Shown here piece by piece: positions 31,912 through 40,914 of a DNA stretch of 46,957 nt. Origin of the DNA: a virus. The stretch lies in IMG/VR virus record IMGVR_UViG_3300010376_000015, positions 1 through 46,957 of that record, one strand, 5' to 3'. Both the position numbers and the translations under genes were made by a program. The stretch's first letter is position 1; every line of letters begins with the position of its first letter. The notes under the pieces were generated by a model. The model made no database searches, was not told where the DNA came from, and was given only the letters and a program-made list of their open reading frames with translations.

Positions 31912-33228
31912 TCAGCTCCAAACGCCAGCTGCGTCGTCCTGGAGTTCGACCATGCGGCCGAGGCGATTACGCCCGACCGTGGCGAAGTCGTGGTCCGCAG
32001 CGAGATAGGCGTCGAAGTTGTCCGTACGGTCGACCGCACGGCAGAGGATGGCTCCATCGTCGTCCACCCATTTCCATCCGCCCTTCCCATCTTCGCCGGC
32101 GTCCAGATAGACCCACATCATGGCGTCAGCGTTGAGGAACCACATTTCGCCCTTCGGGCAGTCGTCGTCGAAGACCACCGGCATCTCGTTGAAGAGAATG
32201 GCCTTGAAGCCACCCCTCAGCGTGACGCTGTCCGAGTCGTTGAACCGCTTCTGCGACTTCAGCGTGTTCACGTATCGGCGGCGGATTCCACGAGTGGTGA
32301 CGACGAGCTCGACCTCGGCCTGACCTCCCGCCCCAACTTTGTCGACTACCTGCTGCCCCTGGTCCTCGGAGAATGGGTTCCCCGCGGCAGAAATCACGGG
32401 TGAGTTCCACCACACGTTGGTCGATGGGCTGACACCGTGCAGGGTTGCCCCTGTCGGTCCCGGTCCCGCGACGTTGGTGATGATGTTGCCCAGTCCGTTG
32501 ATCTCGTTTTCCCAGGATTCCGTGCGGACTACACGGTATTCGCTGGTCGTTGTGACCGCGGTTCCCGAGTATTCCACTTTCTTCGTAGCGGCCGTGATTT
32601 TGGTGATGGTGTATTTGGCGGCCAGTACGGTACCACCAGATTCTTTCACCAAGTCGATGACCATGCCAACGCGCAGGAACTGCACGGTGTTGACCACGAA
32701 TTCTTTGGTCGCTTTTTCGTCCGTCACGATTTCGGCGAGCACACCCTTCTGTGACCCGAATCCCTGACGGTTGAGGTCCTTCCGGAGATCTTTGACCATC
32801 CCTTTGGTCTCTCCGTCCAACAGGCGCAGGAATGCACCTGGCTTCTTTTCGCTCAGCTTCAGAGCGAAGCGCGAGAGACGGATTGACCCGAGGTTGTGAT
32901 GCAACTTGTCCTTCAGATCGGTCCATCCCTGGTTCCCGGCCGTGGGCAGCGCGCCACCCTCCAGTCGGGCACCGATGCCCTCGTTACGAGTGGTGTGGAC
33001 GGGTAGAACCCACTCTTTCCCGGCGAACTCGATGCCTTCCGACTCCCGGGTGAATCCACGCCAGTCGTAATCCTGGCCCTTCCCTTCATCTCCTGACGAA
33101 GACGCCTCGCCTGGCTCGTCGTCATCCGCGGCGAACATGAGAACGCAGCGTTGGTTGAGCTGCTCGCGGATTGGAGTGAGGTAGTACTCCTTCAGAACCG
33201 CGTCAGCATTGGCTGTGGTCTGAGCCAC
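31912..33228 (-). CDS. Major capsid protein (HK97-fold presumed)
   Basis: 438 aa with a GTG start after AGAAGG. It follows the scaffold-like gene directly. Its size and its position in the portal-scaffold-capsid order support the call. Confidence 0.65.
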   Translation of the reverse strand: MAQTTANADAVLKEYYLTPIREQLNQRCVLMFAADDDEPGEASSSGDEGKGQDYDWRGFTRESEGIEFAGKEWVLPVHTTRNEGIGARLEGGALPTAGNQGWTDLKDKLHHNLGSIRLSRFALKLSEKKPGAFLRLLDGETKGMVKDLRKDLNRQGFGSQKGVLAEIVTDEKATKEFVVNTVQFLRVGMVIDLVKESGGTVLAAKYTITKITAATKKVEYSGTAVTTTSEYRVVRTESWENEINGLGNIITNVAGPGPTGATLHGVSPSTNVWWNSPVISAAGNPFSEDQGQQVVDKVGAGGQAEVELVVTTRGIRRRYVNTLKSQKRFNDSDSVTLRGGFKAILFNEMPVVFDDDCPKGEMWFLNADAMMWVYLDAGEDGKGGWKWVDDDGAILCRAVDRTDNFDAYLAADHDFATVGRNRLGRMVELQDDAAGVWS

Positions 33229-33252
33229 TGGGTTGTCACCTTCTTTCTGACC

Positions 33253-34158
33253 TTAGGCGCCCATCTGAGCCTGCTGACGAAGAAACTGCTCAGCACCGAG
33301 TTTGGCGGAGTCAAACCCTTTGTCGTCCTTGGACGACGGGCGTCCTCCTTTTTTCCCCTCGGTGGGCTGTGGCAGTTGGCCTTCGACGCGCGGAGCCTGT
33401 GAGCCACCGTTCCGTGAGTTAGTGAAATTCCCGAGGAACTGGTCGCGCATGTTCTGTAGCATGGTCGCCGTAGCCACAGGGTCGCCGTTGTTGGCGATTA
33501 TGGATGAGACGATCATGTTGTCATCCACGATGTTCTCGGGGATCCCTGCCTGTGTCAATTGAGCCCGGATGTCGGCCTTGGCCTGATTGAGAACAGCATC
33601 TTGCTCCGCCTCTATCTGCGCGGTCTCCTGAGCCTGTTGCGCCTGGTCGTATGTGTCCATACGTCCCATTAGCTCTTGGGCCCATGAGGGGATCTGCTCT
33701 GGTCCTGGCTGTGCCTCTTCCGGTGCTGGCGCCCCGAGTTGCTGTCCTCCAAGGAACTGCTGTAGACCGTCAATCGTGACCGACTGCGGAATTGTCCCGT
33801 CTTCCATGAGCTGGGCGGCGATACCCAGCAGCGTGTTCATCGGGTTCTCACCGTAGCCGTTCAGAAACGCGAGCAGATTTTCAACCTGTCCCGGTTCCAC
33901 TGCCTGTATGAGTCCCTGGTACGGCGCGTACTGCTGCTCCATCCGGGTCACATGCCCTTGGATATTTTTGAGATGTGGCTCGAGAAGCTCGCGCTGAGTT
34001 TCGGGTACGTCGGGGAAGAGTCCCCAATTGAAGCCATCGCTCTTGCCTGCAGCTGTAGGCTGACCCTGCTGCGCGCCTTGACCGGGTGCCCCCGGTTGTG
34101 CGCCGCCTGCTGGGGCCCCTTGGCCCGGTGTTGCTGTAGCTCCAGTTGCGTCTGCCAT
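33253..34158 (-). CDS. Scaffolding protein candidate (301 aa)
   Basis: Gln/Ala/Gly/Pro-rich, largely helical-looking protein located between the portal and capsid genes. Confidence 0.5.
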   Translation of the reverse strand: MADATGATATPGQGAPAGGAQPGAPGQGAQQGQPTAAGKSDGFNWGLFPDVPETQRELLEPHLKNIQGHVTRMEQQYAPYQGLIQAVEPGQVENLLAFLNGYGENPMNTLLGIAAQLMEDGTIPQSVTIDGLQQFLGGQQLGAPAPEEAQPGPEQIPSWAQELMGRMDTYDQAQQAQETAQIEAEQDAVLNQAKADIRAQLTQAGIPENIVDDNMIVSSIIANNGDPVATATMLQNMRDQFLGNFTNSRNGGSQAPRVEGQLPQPTEGKKGGRPSSKDDKGFDSAKLGAEQFLRQQAQMGA

Positions 34159-34172
34159 GCTTGCCTTTCTGA

Positions 34173-34216
34173 GTTGTACCTAGCCTTGACCCCGGAGGGT
34201 TGTACCTAGCCTTGAC
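34173..34216. repeat. Exact 18-bp direct repeat x2 (plus strand GTTGTACCTAGCCTTGAC) separated by 8 bp
   Basis: Copies at 34173-34190 and 34199-34216 fill the 58-bp gap between the stop of 34217..34663 and the scaffold ATG at 34158. Confidence 0.9.
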
Positions 34217-34663
34217 TCAACCTCGTGCTTTCGCGCGTGTGCGCTCTGTACGTTGCTCTTCTCCTGGTGCTCCGCGAGGATTGAAGTGTCCTCGCTCTCG
34301 CATGTTCGCCATGGCGGCCTTGTTGGCTCCCTTGAACGACTTTGAGGGGGCGCCGATGTGGATAACGAGAGCGGGATGCTCTCCACCCTCACCACCACGC
34401 TCGCCTGGCTCTGGCCCTCCTCCAGGAGGACCTCCCAATCCCCCACCTTCTTCGGCGGGTGGACCTTCGCCCATGCCTCCTGGCGCTGCTAGACCGGACT
34501 GCATGTCTTCCATGTCGTCTTTGCCAGCAGCTTGTTGGAGTTGTTCTATGGGCGCTTGTGCCTGCTTGATGAGACGCTGAATGGCAGGGTCTGGCTCTTC
34601 TTGCGCCAGCTGTGCCAACAGGGTTTCGATCTGCTGGACGATCTGTGCGCTTTGACCAGCCAC
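34217..34663 (-). CDS. Hypothetical Gly/Pro/Glu-rich protein (148 aa)
   Basis: GTG start directly after the upstream TAA, with a GGGAG SD. Confidence 0.55.
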   Translation of the reverse strand: MAGQSAQIVQQIETLLAQLAQEEPDPAIQRLIKQAQAPIEQLQQAAGKDDMEDMQSGLAAPGGMGEGPPAEEGGGLGGPPGGGPEPGERGGEGGEHPALVIHIGAPSKSFKGANKAAMANMRERGHFNPRGAPGEEQRTERTRAKARG

Positions 34664-35104
34664 TTATGCTCCCACCGGTAGAACTTCGTGTTCTTCGCCT
34701 TCGGCCGGTTCCGGTGCCTGTCCACGCCCCCATCCGGCCACAGTGCTGAGGGGGGTGACCTTGTCTGCGGGCACCGTCAGCAGCTCGTTTCGGGAGTCCC
34801 TCGTTCTCACGACGTATCCCTCTACGTTGCCGAAGAACCGATATGGGTTGTCGGCCTGCTGGAACTGCATCTGATCCTCAACCGTAGCGAAGACATGCCC
34901 AGTGACGTATGCCATTCGGGGCATACCCTGAGCATCCTCCACGACGACACGCTGGCCCTCGAGAAGGGTCGGTGTACCGAGAGATTGCTCCTCAGCTTCG
35001 GCTGCGGCCTTCTCTTCTTCCACCTTCTGCTTTGCCTCGTCGACCACACCTTCGTCTTCAGGCGCTGCTTGGGATGTGGTCGATTCTTCTGTCGGTGCTG
35101 CCAT
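34664..35104 (-). CDS. Hypothetical protein with acidic N-terminus (146 aa)
   Basis: ATG 6 nt after AGGAGG. First gene after the portal gene. Confidence 0.6.
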   Translation of the reverse strand: MAAPTEESTTSQAAPEDEGVVDEAKQKVEEEKAAAEAEEQSLGTPTLLEGQRVVVEDAQGMPRMAYVTGHVFATVEDQMQFQQADNPYRFFGNVEGYVVRTRDSRNELLTVPADKVTPLSTVAGWGRGQAPEPAEGEEHEVLPVGA

Positions 35105-35146
35105 TACGGACCTCCTATCGTCCGCGATCGGTGGTCAGTTGGACAG

Positions 35147-35155
35147 AGTATATCA
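35147..35155 (-). promoter_or_regulatory. Extended -10 like element TGATATACT overlapping the portal stop codon
   Basis: The minus strand reads cagTGATATACTctg; the TGA is the portal stop. It lies 43 nt upstream of ATG 35104, which has its own SD. Confidence 0.3.
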
Positions 35156-37276
35156 CTGCGGTCCACTTTCCATCAAACTGCGAGGAGAAGTCGCCGAAGT
35201 GAACTGTGAAGGAGGACCTTGTGGAACTTGTTGTCCGTTCGCGCCAGCGGGGACAGTTGACCCAGGCGGTGCACCTTCTCCGCCCCCTCCTCCACCTTGT
35301 TGTGGCTGAGCGTTTGCCTGTTGGGCAGCCACCTCTTGAGCTTGTTCTTGCTCGATCCGTGTGTGCTCCTCGTCGTGTTGGAGGAAGACTTGCTTGGCTT
35401 GTTCGGGTAGCTTCTGAAACTCAGCGCCCTTCATAAAGTTCCTGTGGATGTAGTGATGTGCCGGGTGGTTGTACCACTCCATCACGCCAGGATCGATGCC
35501 TTCCTTCAATTCGTGATTCTCCCGCTCTGCCTGGTCCAAGTCAACTTCCCACTCATCAGGCTCGCCTTCTGATAGCTCCAGGTATTGCCGTACCTTGCGG
35601 GGATCCTGCTCGATCTTGCGGTCCCAGAGGTCCAAAATGAACTGCTGCTTTGCCGCCTTGCTACGGGGAAGTGCGGATCCCGCTTGCACAATAACGGACT
35701 CAGCACCAGCCAGCATAGATCCAGTGAAGTCAAAGATTTCCGCCTCTCCGTGGTTTTTGTAGATGGCCACAGTCCTGGGTGTGTCGTACTTCTCTGCCAT
35801 CATACGGAGAATCTGGTATGCGGCGCCCTCGCACACTTCCTCGAACTCTGCTACCGTCGGGCCCAGCCGAGTGTCGTCCTCCTCCTGTAGATACGCAATA
35901 GCCACTCCAGATCGTGCCCCTGGGGGTACCTTACCCTGCGAAGTTTCCCCCTGGCCGGCGATTTCACGTATGTCCTCCTTGAGGCTCTCCTGCATATCTT
36001 GGACATATTTCGGCATCTCCGGCATCTCTACAGGTTTTGGCTCGGGAATGTTGGGCATGAACGTGAAGTCGATCCGCATCCCTGGGCGGTTCTGCAGCTC
36101 CTTGGTGATTTGCAGCTGCTTAGGAATCAACCAGGGGGGATTCGCCATGAGGTTTCGGTTCTCGATCAGCTGCGACTTCGTCTTCGACAACTCGAGATTC
36201 GGTCCCTTCAGCGCCTGAATCACGCTCATGGGGAACTGAGACATTGGCAGAGGTATGTGTCCCATCCAGTGGATCGGTAGCTGCCCGTGGCCGTAGTTAT
36301 AGGATTTTTTGTCCACGATCACGTTTTTGGTGAAGACGAGACAAAGGCCGTCGGGGAATTTTGGGTGTCCTGGCTTGAGCCACATCTGATGTATGAAGCA
36401 GAGACGCTGGGCATGCACGGGTTTTTCCCTCAGCTTCCCCGTGAGATCGTATCGGGAAATCAGTCGATCCTCGACCACAGAAGGCAATGCGGACTCGTCG
36501 GGCTCCACACGCACTTTCCATCTCCGGTAGACCTCCTCAACGTCGTAGACGTGGGAGTAAATCACCCAATTGGCTTCATCGAACTCGTTGGTCGAGAAGT
36601 CGAACATGACTTCAAATGGGCTCACTGCCCGGATGACCATCTCGCCCTGTGGGATCTTCTGGTACTGTGGAGATTTACCTTCTTCCTCGTACTGCCTCTT
36701 GTACTCTTCGATCATGCGTGGGTCGAAGACAGGGTCGCCTTCTGGCGTGTGTAGCACGTTTATCTCACCCATCGCCGTCTCGTCCCAATCGACCAGCATT
36801 CCCCCTGAGCCACACATGAGAACCCATTGCAACATACGTCTGCGCACGCGAGGCATAGAGAATGTGCGCTCGACGTAGTTGTTGAGCAGCTTGTTGCCTA
36901 CCTTCGCCGAGTTCAGATCCTCCTCATCTGCTGATCTGGCAAGCACATCCATGATTGGGCGGTTCTTTGTGAGCTTTGCCAGCTCCGTCCGTACTGCGGG
37001 TTGAGTGAGATTCACCGTCATACGTACCCTGTGGTCTGGCCGTTTGATGGGCTCCACGAGACGCCGCTTGTGAATGTCCCACTCAACCCAGAAGTCCCCC
37101 ATGTAGAAGGCAATGTTTTCCCACCATATACCTTCCCAATGACGTCTACGCGACCGACCCTCTTTGAAGAGAGCGTTAGCCCAACCGAGAACGTCGCTGT
37201 CTCTTGACCCCTCTTTAGGGGCCTTCTTCAGATCGACGTTGAGCTCCTCTGCGAATTGGGCTACATTAGACGCCAT
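35153..37276 (-). CDS. Portal protein
   Basis: 707 aa with an AAGGAGGTGA SD. The N-terminal 'WEGIWWENIAFYMGDFWVEW' resembles the portal 'W..N..FY.GdQW' motif. It lies upstream of the scaffold and capsid genes. Confidence 0.7.
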   Translation of the reverse strand: MASNVAQFAEELNVDLKKAPKEGSRDSDVLGWANALFKEGRSRRRHWEGIWWENIAFYMGDFWVEWDIHKRRLVEPIKRPDHRVRMTVNLTQPAVRTELAKLTKNRPIMDVLARSADEEDLNSAKVGNKLLNNYVERTFSMPRVRRRMLQWVLMCGSGGMLVDWDETAMGEINVLHTPEGDPVFDPRMIEEYKRQYEEEGKSPQYQKIPQGEMVIRAVSPFEVMFDFSTNEFDEANWVIYSHVYDVEEVYRRWKVRVEPDESALPSVVEDRLISRYDLTGKLREKPVHAQRLCFIHQMWLKPGHPKFPDGLCLVFTKNVIVDKKSYNYGHGQLPIHWMGHIPLPMSQFPMSVIQALKGPNLELSKTKSQLIENRNLMANPPWLIPKQLQITKELQNRPGMRIDFTFMPNIPEPKPVEMPEMPKYVQDMQESLKEDIREIAGQGETSQGKVPPGARSGVAIAYLQEEDDTRLGPTVAEFEEVCEGAAYQILRMMAEKYDTPRTVAIYKNHGEAEIFDFTGSMLAGAESVIVQAGSALPRSKAAKQQFILDLWDRKIEQDPRKVRQYLELSEGEPDEWEVDLDQAERENHELKEGIDPGVMEWYNHPAHHYIHRNFMKGAEFQKLPEQAKQVFLQHDEEHTRIEQEQAQEVAAQQANAQPQQGGGGGGEGAPPGSTVPAGANGQQVPQGPPSQFTSATSPRSLMESGPQ

Positions 37277-37374
37277 GTGTCACCTCCTTGAAGTTTGGGG
37301 CCTAGTCTCTACGCCGCCGAAACCCGACGTCCAGAGGCGGAGCCAGGGCCCCCTGATGGGCAGCTCAAAACCCA

Positions 37375-37776
37375 TCAGCCGCCAGGACTCCCAACCGCAC
37401 CGGAGGGCCCAGCAGTCAAGGATCGCAACGCTGCTAACTGAAGTTGCTGTTGGAGCATCGCCTTCTGGTCGGGGGGCGTTCGTGGGTCTTGGATCATGGC
37501 GATCATCTGCTGTGCGGCGCCACCCTGTTCCGATCCTACGCCCATTTGATTTTGGAGATCCGACGTTGAAAGCACACCGGAGTTTTCAGCTCCGACCGGT
37601 TGAGCGCCAGCGAATTCTGCTGGGAGAGAGTCCTGCATTCCTCCCTGGGGTCCGGTAGCAGCTCCGGCCGCCGGTCCCGCAGCTCCTGGTATGGGCATCG
37701 AATCGAGTGGTGCTCCACCCGAACCACCTCCTGCCATCGCAGCTTCCATTAGTGCCTTCGGATTTATCTGTGCCAT
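37375..37776 (-). CDS. Gly/Ala/Gln-rich small protein (133 aa) with shared N-terminal motif
   Basis: SD GAGGCGGTGA. The N-terminus 'MAQINPKALMEAAM' resembles those of the two upstream genes. Confidence 0.6.
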   Translation of the reverse strand: MAQINPKALMEAAMAGGGSGGAPLDSMPIPGAAGPAAGAATGPQGGMQDSLPAEFAGAQPVGAENSGVLSTSDLQNQMGVGSEQGGAAQQMIAMIQDPRTPPDQKAMLQQQLQLAALRSLTAGPSGAVGSPGG

Positions 37777-37777
37777 G

Positions 37778-37981
37778 TCACCGCCTCACGAATGTACGGG
37801 ACCCACCGGGTCCTGGATAAGGTCCAAACTTGCCTCCCATTCTGCGGGAAGCATCACGTTGCATAGCGCCCGCAGAACCAGGAGGTGCCAGTCGACTCTC
37901 ACGCGCGGTGAAGCGATCTTCCGGCCGAGTCTTCGACAGCTCCCTCATCGCGGCGGCCTTCAGTGCAGGATTCGCCGCCAT
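37778..37981 (-). CDS. Small basic protein (67 aa) with shared N-terminal motif
   Basis: GGAGG SD. N-terminus 'MAANPALKAAAMRE'. Confidence 0.6.
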   Translation of the reverse strand: MAANPALKAAAMRELSKTRPEDRFTARESRLAPPGSAGAMQRDASRRMGGKFGPYPGPGGSRTFVRR

Positions 37982-37983
37982 TT

Positions 37984-38199
37984 CTATTTCCTCCGCCCGT
38001 GGTAGTTGCGTTCGCCAGGCGCGGCGTGCGCCGCACGCGCGAGATTGCCGATCACGCCCCCAGGCACGCCTTTAGCCTTCAACTGAGCGGCACGTCCCCC
38101 GTGTCCTAAGGCGTTAGATTTGCCGGCGTATGTACCTGACGTACGCACACCTTTCTTCGCCCTCATGGCTGCTTGTCGCAGATTTGCATTGGACGCCAT
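37984..38199 (-). CDS. Small basic protein (71 aa) with shared N-terminal motif
   Basis: GGAGGAGG SD. N-terminus 'MASNANLRQAAMRA'. Confidence 0.6.
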   Translation of the reverse strand: MASNANLRQAAMRAKKGVRTSGTYAGKSNALGHGGRAAQLKAKGVPGGVIGNLARAAHAAPGERNYHGRRK

Positions 38200-38457
38200 C
38201 TACTCCTCCTCCATCAACTCGACGTGACTGTTTCCGCCATCCTGAAGATTCCACTCAGCCTTTTCATCTACGTAGCTGACATCTCCGGGCTCAGGATTCT
38301 CGAGAGCCTTGTGAGCCACAAGCGCGTCCGGTGTCGCCAGTGCCATGAGACGATCCTCGAGAGTCGCACGTTCCTCTCGACCCCATTTGATGAGGAAGAG
38401 CACAGTGGCTGCGTACAGAACGAGTTGCAAACCACACAGTATGCCGAGTATGGTCAT
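38200..38457 (-). CDS. Membrane protein (85 aa), N-terminal TM helix, acidic tail
   Basis: TAAGGAGG SD. 'MTILGILCGLQLVLYAATVLFLIKW' is a clear hydrophobic helix. Holin or membrane-anchor candidate. Confidence 0.55.
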   Translation of the reverse strand: MTILGILCGLQLVLYAATVLFLIKWGREERATLEDRLMALATPDALVAHKALENPEPGDVSYVDEKAEWNLQDGGNSHVELMEEE

Positions 38458-38465
38458 TGTCCTCC

Positions 38466-39437
38466 TTAGCCTACGCGGACAGGACGTACTTGCAGATCAC
38501 GGCGCAGGAACTTGGCTGTGCCTGTACCACCAGGCGTACGATACTGCACTTCAAGAACTGAGTTGCCGTTAGGGACTCCGCGAGTCATGCTGCGTGCCAT
38601 GGTCGACAGCGCGTTTGCAGCCGGTGCCGCTGCTTGGATGCACCATTCATCGGATGCGGCTGCAGTCCCAAGCTTGACGGTTGCTGCGGCCTGCGACGGA
38701 GCAATTTGACTTTGCCCCGAGACCATCGCAAACGCAATTTCATAGTCGCCGGCAAGTGGCACTGTGACTGCGGGTCCTCCCAGCGCGACATAAGCTTCAG
38801 AAGATGTGGACACTTCAGGTTCTGCGTGGGACCAGAGGGCCGCCCCTCCCACGAACTCCCACTTGTGCGCGGACGCAGATGTGGCTCGGTAGCGGAAACG
38901 CCAGATCACACCGTTGACCGAGTCCGCGATGTAGTCGTATTCTGCTCCGTCAGCAGGACCAACAGGAAGAGAAGTCCCTCGTTCGATGATGCCCGTGGGA
39001 CCGGTCGGTCCTGGAGGGCCCATCATGCCTTGTTTTCCTTCTGGTCCAGTCGGTCCTGTAGGACCGGCCACACCTGTGGCGCCCGTAGCACCTGTCAGGC
39101 CCTGTTTGCCTTCTTTTCCTTCTGGTCCAGTTTTGCCTTCCGCACCAGGAGAGCCTGTTGGACCCGTCAACCCTGTTGGACCCTGTTTGCCTTCTGGTCC
39201 TGTGTTGCCAGTTGCCCCCTGTACGCCAGTTTCCCCTTTAGCCCCTGTGGCTCCAGTTTCGCCTTTCGCTCCAGTTTCGCCTTTCGGTCCGGTCGGCCCA
39301 GTTTCCCCTTTAGTTCCAGTTTCCCCTTTAGCTCCTTCTGGGCCAGGCGGCCCCACGGGCCCCTGTGGTCCCATCGGACCGACGAGATTGGCTTCACCTT
39401 CGAGATGTGGTGCGGGCAGACCGACTATAAGGGGCAT
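38466..39437 (-). CDS. Collagen-like tail fibre protein
   Basis: 323 aa. Residues 20-148 form 43 uninterrupted Gly-X-Y triplets, followed by a ~170-aa globular C-terminal domain. TAATG overlap with the upstream gene. Confidence 0.8.
   Translation of the reverse strand: MPLIVGLPAPHLEGEANLVGPMGPQGPVGPPGPEGAKGETGTKGETGPTGPKGETGAKGETGATGAKGETGVQGATGNTGPEGKQGPTGLTGPTGSPGAEGKTGPEGKEGKQGLTGATGATGVAGPTGPTGPEGKQGMMGPPGPTGPTGIIERGTSLPVGPADGAEYDYIADSVNGVIWRFRYRATSASAHKWEFVGGAALWSHAEPEVSTSSEAYVALGGPAVTVPLAGDYEIAFAMVSGQSQIAPSQAAATVKLGTAAASDEWCIQAAAPAANALSTMARSMTRGVPNGNSVLEVQYRTPGGTGTAKFLRRDLQVRPVRVG
38991..39380 (-). repeat. Gly-X-Y triplet-repeat coding tract
   Basis: A 9-bp-periodic GGN-NNN-NNN repeat. 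It explains the long spurious ORFs in other frames and on the plus strand. Confidence 0.85.
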
Positions 39438-39634
39438 TACTCTCCTCCAGCTCCGTTGAGCTCGTTCAATTTCTCTTCTGTGTCCTTCATCTCGTTGTAG
39501 AAGCGGTCGATGTAGTCGTGGTTCCAGTCTTTACCCGCCACTTCGTGAAACTCCTCTGGAACCTCGGCGAGATTCACCCCGTCGTCGGTCACGAACACGG
39601 GACGAACTAACACCTTGACGAGACGAAGTTTCAT
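39437..39634 (-). CDS. Small acidic protein (65 aa) between the two fibre genes
   Basis: ATGA and TAATG overlaps with both fibre genes. Function unknown (fibre assembly is a guess). Confidence 0.5.
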   Translation of the reverse strand: MKLRLVKVLVRPVFVTDDGVNLAEVPEEFHEVAGKDWNHDYIDRFYNEMKDTEEKLNELNGAGGE

Positions 39635-40914
39635 AGACTGAATGATAGGCCATCGAAGCTGGGAATGACTGCGGGTTTCCAGGCAGGCGCTTGAAGTTCA
39701 ATTTCCCCGTTGGGCTTTATCACCCAGTTGAACGTAGTTGTGCCGGTGTTAGAGGCGCCAACGACCATACGAGTGACTACGGACGGTCGAAAGCCTACAG
39801 GCAACGTAGCGGCGGGGGATTTGACTGTGCGTTCCGTTTTGCATTTCAGGGCTCCACGGAGCAACACGGTATTGTCGGGTCCCAGAGTTGCTTCCAGCGT
39901 GTTGAATTCTACACCTGGAGCTTCAATTTCCGCCGCTAGGGATTCCATCGCGGTCCATTTCGGATTACTTGTAAGGAGTCCGTTGACTTGAAGGGTTTTC
40001 GCGGAGAAGTCACCAAGAATCAACGGAGTTGCGGTGTTGGTAGCGTCGATCCACAGTTTGTTGGATATCGCCGTCTGCGTCTGTGCCGCGAGATTCCCGA
40101 TGATGACGTTCGAGTTCCCAGAGACTTTTTCCGCTGCGGAGTAGCCAACGACCGTATTGCGTTCCCCCGTAGTGCTAGCGGTCAGTGCTTCAACCCCTAT
40201 GGCTACATTTTTTTTGGCAGTCGTTCCGGCGTTGAGAGCCAAATAGCCAATGCCGACGTTTTCGCTCCCAGACGTGAGGGCTTTACCAACGAGGCCACCC
40301 AGTAGCACGTTCTGTTCGCCAGTGGCCGTACCTTCGACCCCCATGCCAGCTTCGTGCCCGACGGCTGTATTTTTGGAACCTACTGCGTTTTCTAGGGTTT
40401 TGTTGCCGATGGCGACGTTGTAGGAGCCGGTCGAGTTCTGCTGGAGGGCTTTGTAACCAATGCCCATATTGGGACCACCAGACGTGTTTTCTTTCATTGC
40501 TCGGAACCCTATGGCGGTGTTGTTGCTCTGTGTCGTCTGCGACACGAGGGCTTCGGTGCCAATCACCGTGTTTTCTTCCCCAGACGTCAGCAACCCCCCA
40601 GCCACATGTCCGATCAGCACGTTTCCGGAGCCTGTGGTCAACGAGTGCCCAGCCCTCACCCCAATCGCGGTGGTGAACCCGGACGTTTTGGCCACGTTCA
40701 TGGCCCCGTAGCCAACAGCAGTGTTGAATGTCCCCGCAGCTTCTATTGCGCCAAGCGCACCTTGCCCAACAGCCGTGTTTTCGACCGGGAAGATCCCCTT
40801 GCCGACTTGGGTATTGACCGTGGTGCTGGCGATTGCTTCTACTTCGGCTTTAGTCAACCCCCCGCCGGTTCCACCACCGCCGCCAGAGAGAGGAAAGCCG
40901 AGAATGAATGTCAT
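39631..40914 (-). CDS. Tail fibre/spike with YadA-head-like (Hep_Hag-type) repeats
   Basis: 427 aa. Gly-rich N-terminus, then many copies of the pattern N-[TV]-[AV]-[IV]-G-x-x-A (NTAVGYGAM, NVLIGHVAG, NTVIGTEAL, NTAIGFRAM, NVAIGNKTL, NTAVGHEAG, NVGIGYLAL, NVAIGVEAL, NTVVGYSAA, NVIIGNLAA), then a beta-rich tip domain. Confidence 0.65.
   Translation of the reverse strand: MTFILGFPLSGGGGGTGGGLTKAEVEAIASTTVNTQVGKGIFPVENTAVGQGALGAIEAAGTFNTAVGYGAMNVAKTSGFTTAIGVRAGHSLTTGSGNVLIGHVAGGLLTSGEENTVIGTEALVSQTTQSNNTAIGFRAMKENTSGGPNMGIGYKALQQNSTGSYNVAIGNKTLENAVGSKNTAVGHEAGMGVEGTATGEQNVLLGGLVGKALTSGSENVGIGYLALNAGTTAKKNVAIGVEALTASTTGERNTVVGYSAAEKVSGNSNVIIGNLAAQTQTAISNKLWIDATNTATPLILGDFSAKTLQVNGLLTSNPKWTAMESLAAEIEAPGVEFNTLEATLGPDNTVLLRGALKCKTERTVKSPAATLPVGFRPSVVTRMVVGASNTGTTTFNWVIKPNGEIELQAPAWKPAVIPSFDGLSFSL

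Noticed and set aside
38634-39500. 288-aa and 157-aa plus-strand ORFs, and a 76-aa minus-strand ORF, across the collagen-like gene
   Set aside because: They are artefacts of the 9-bp-periodic Gly-X-Y repeat, which keeps several frames open. Only the Gly-X-Y frame has an SD and stop-start coupling.
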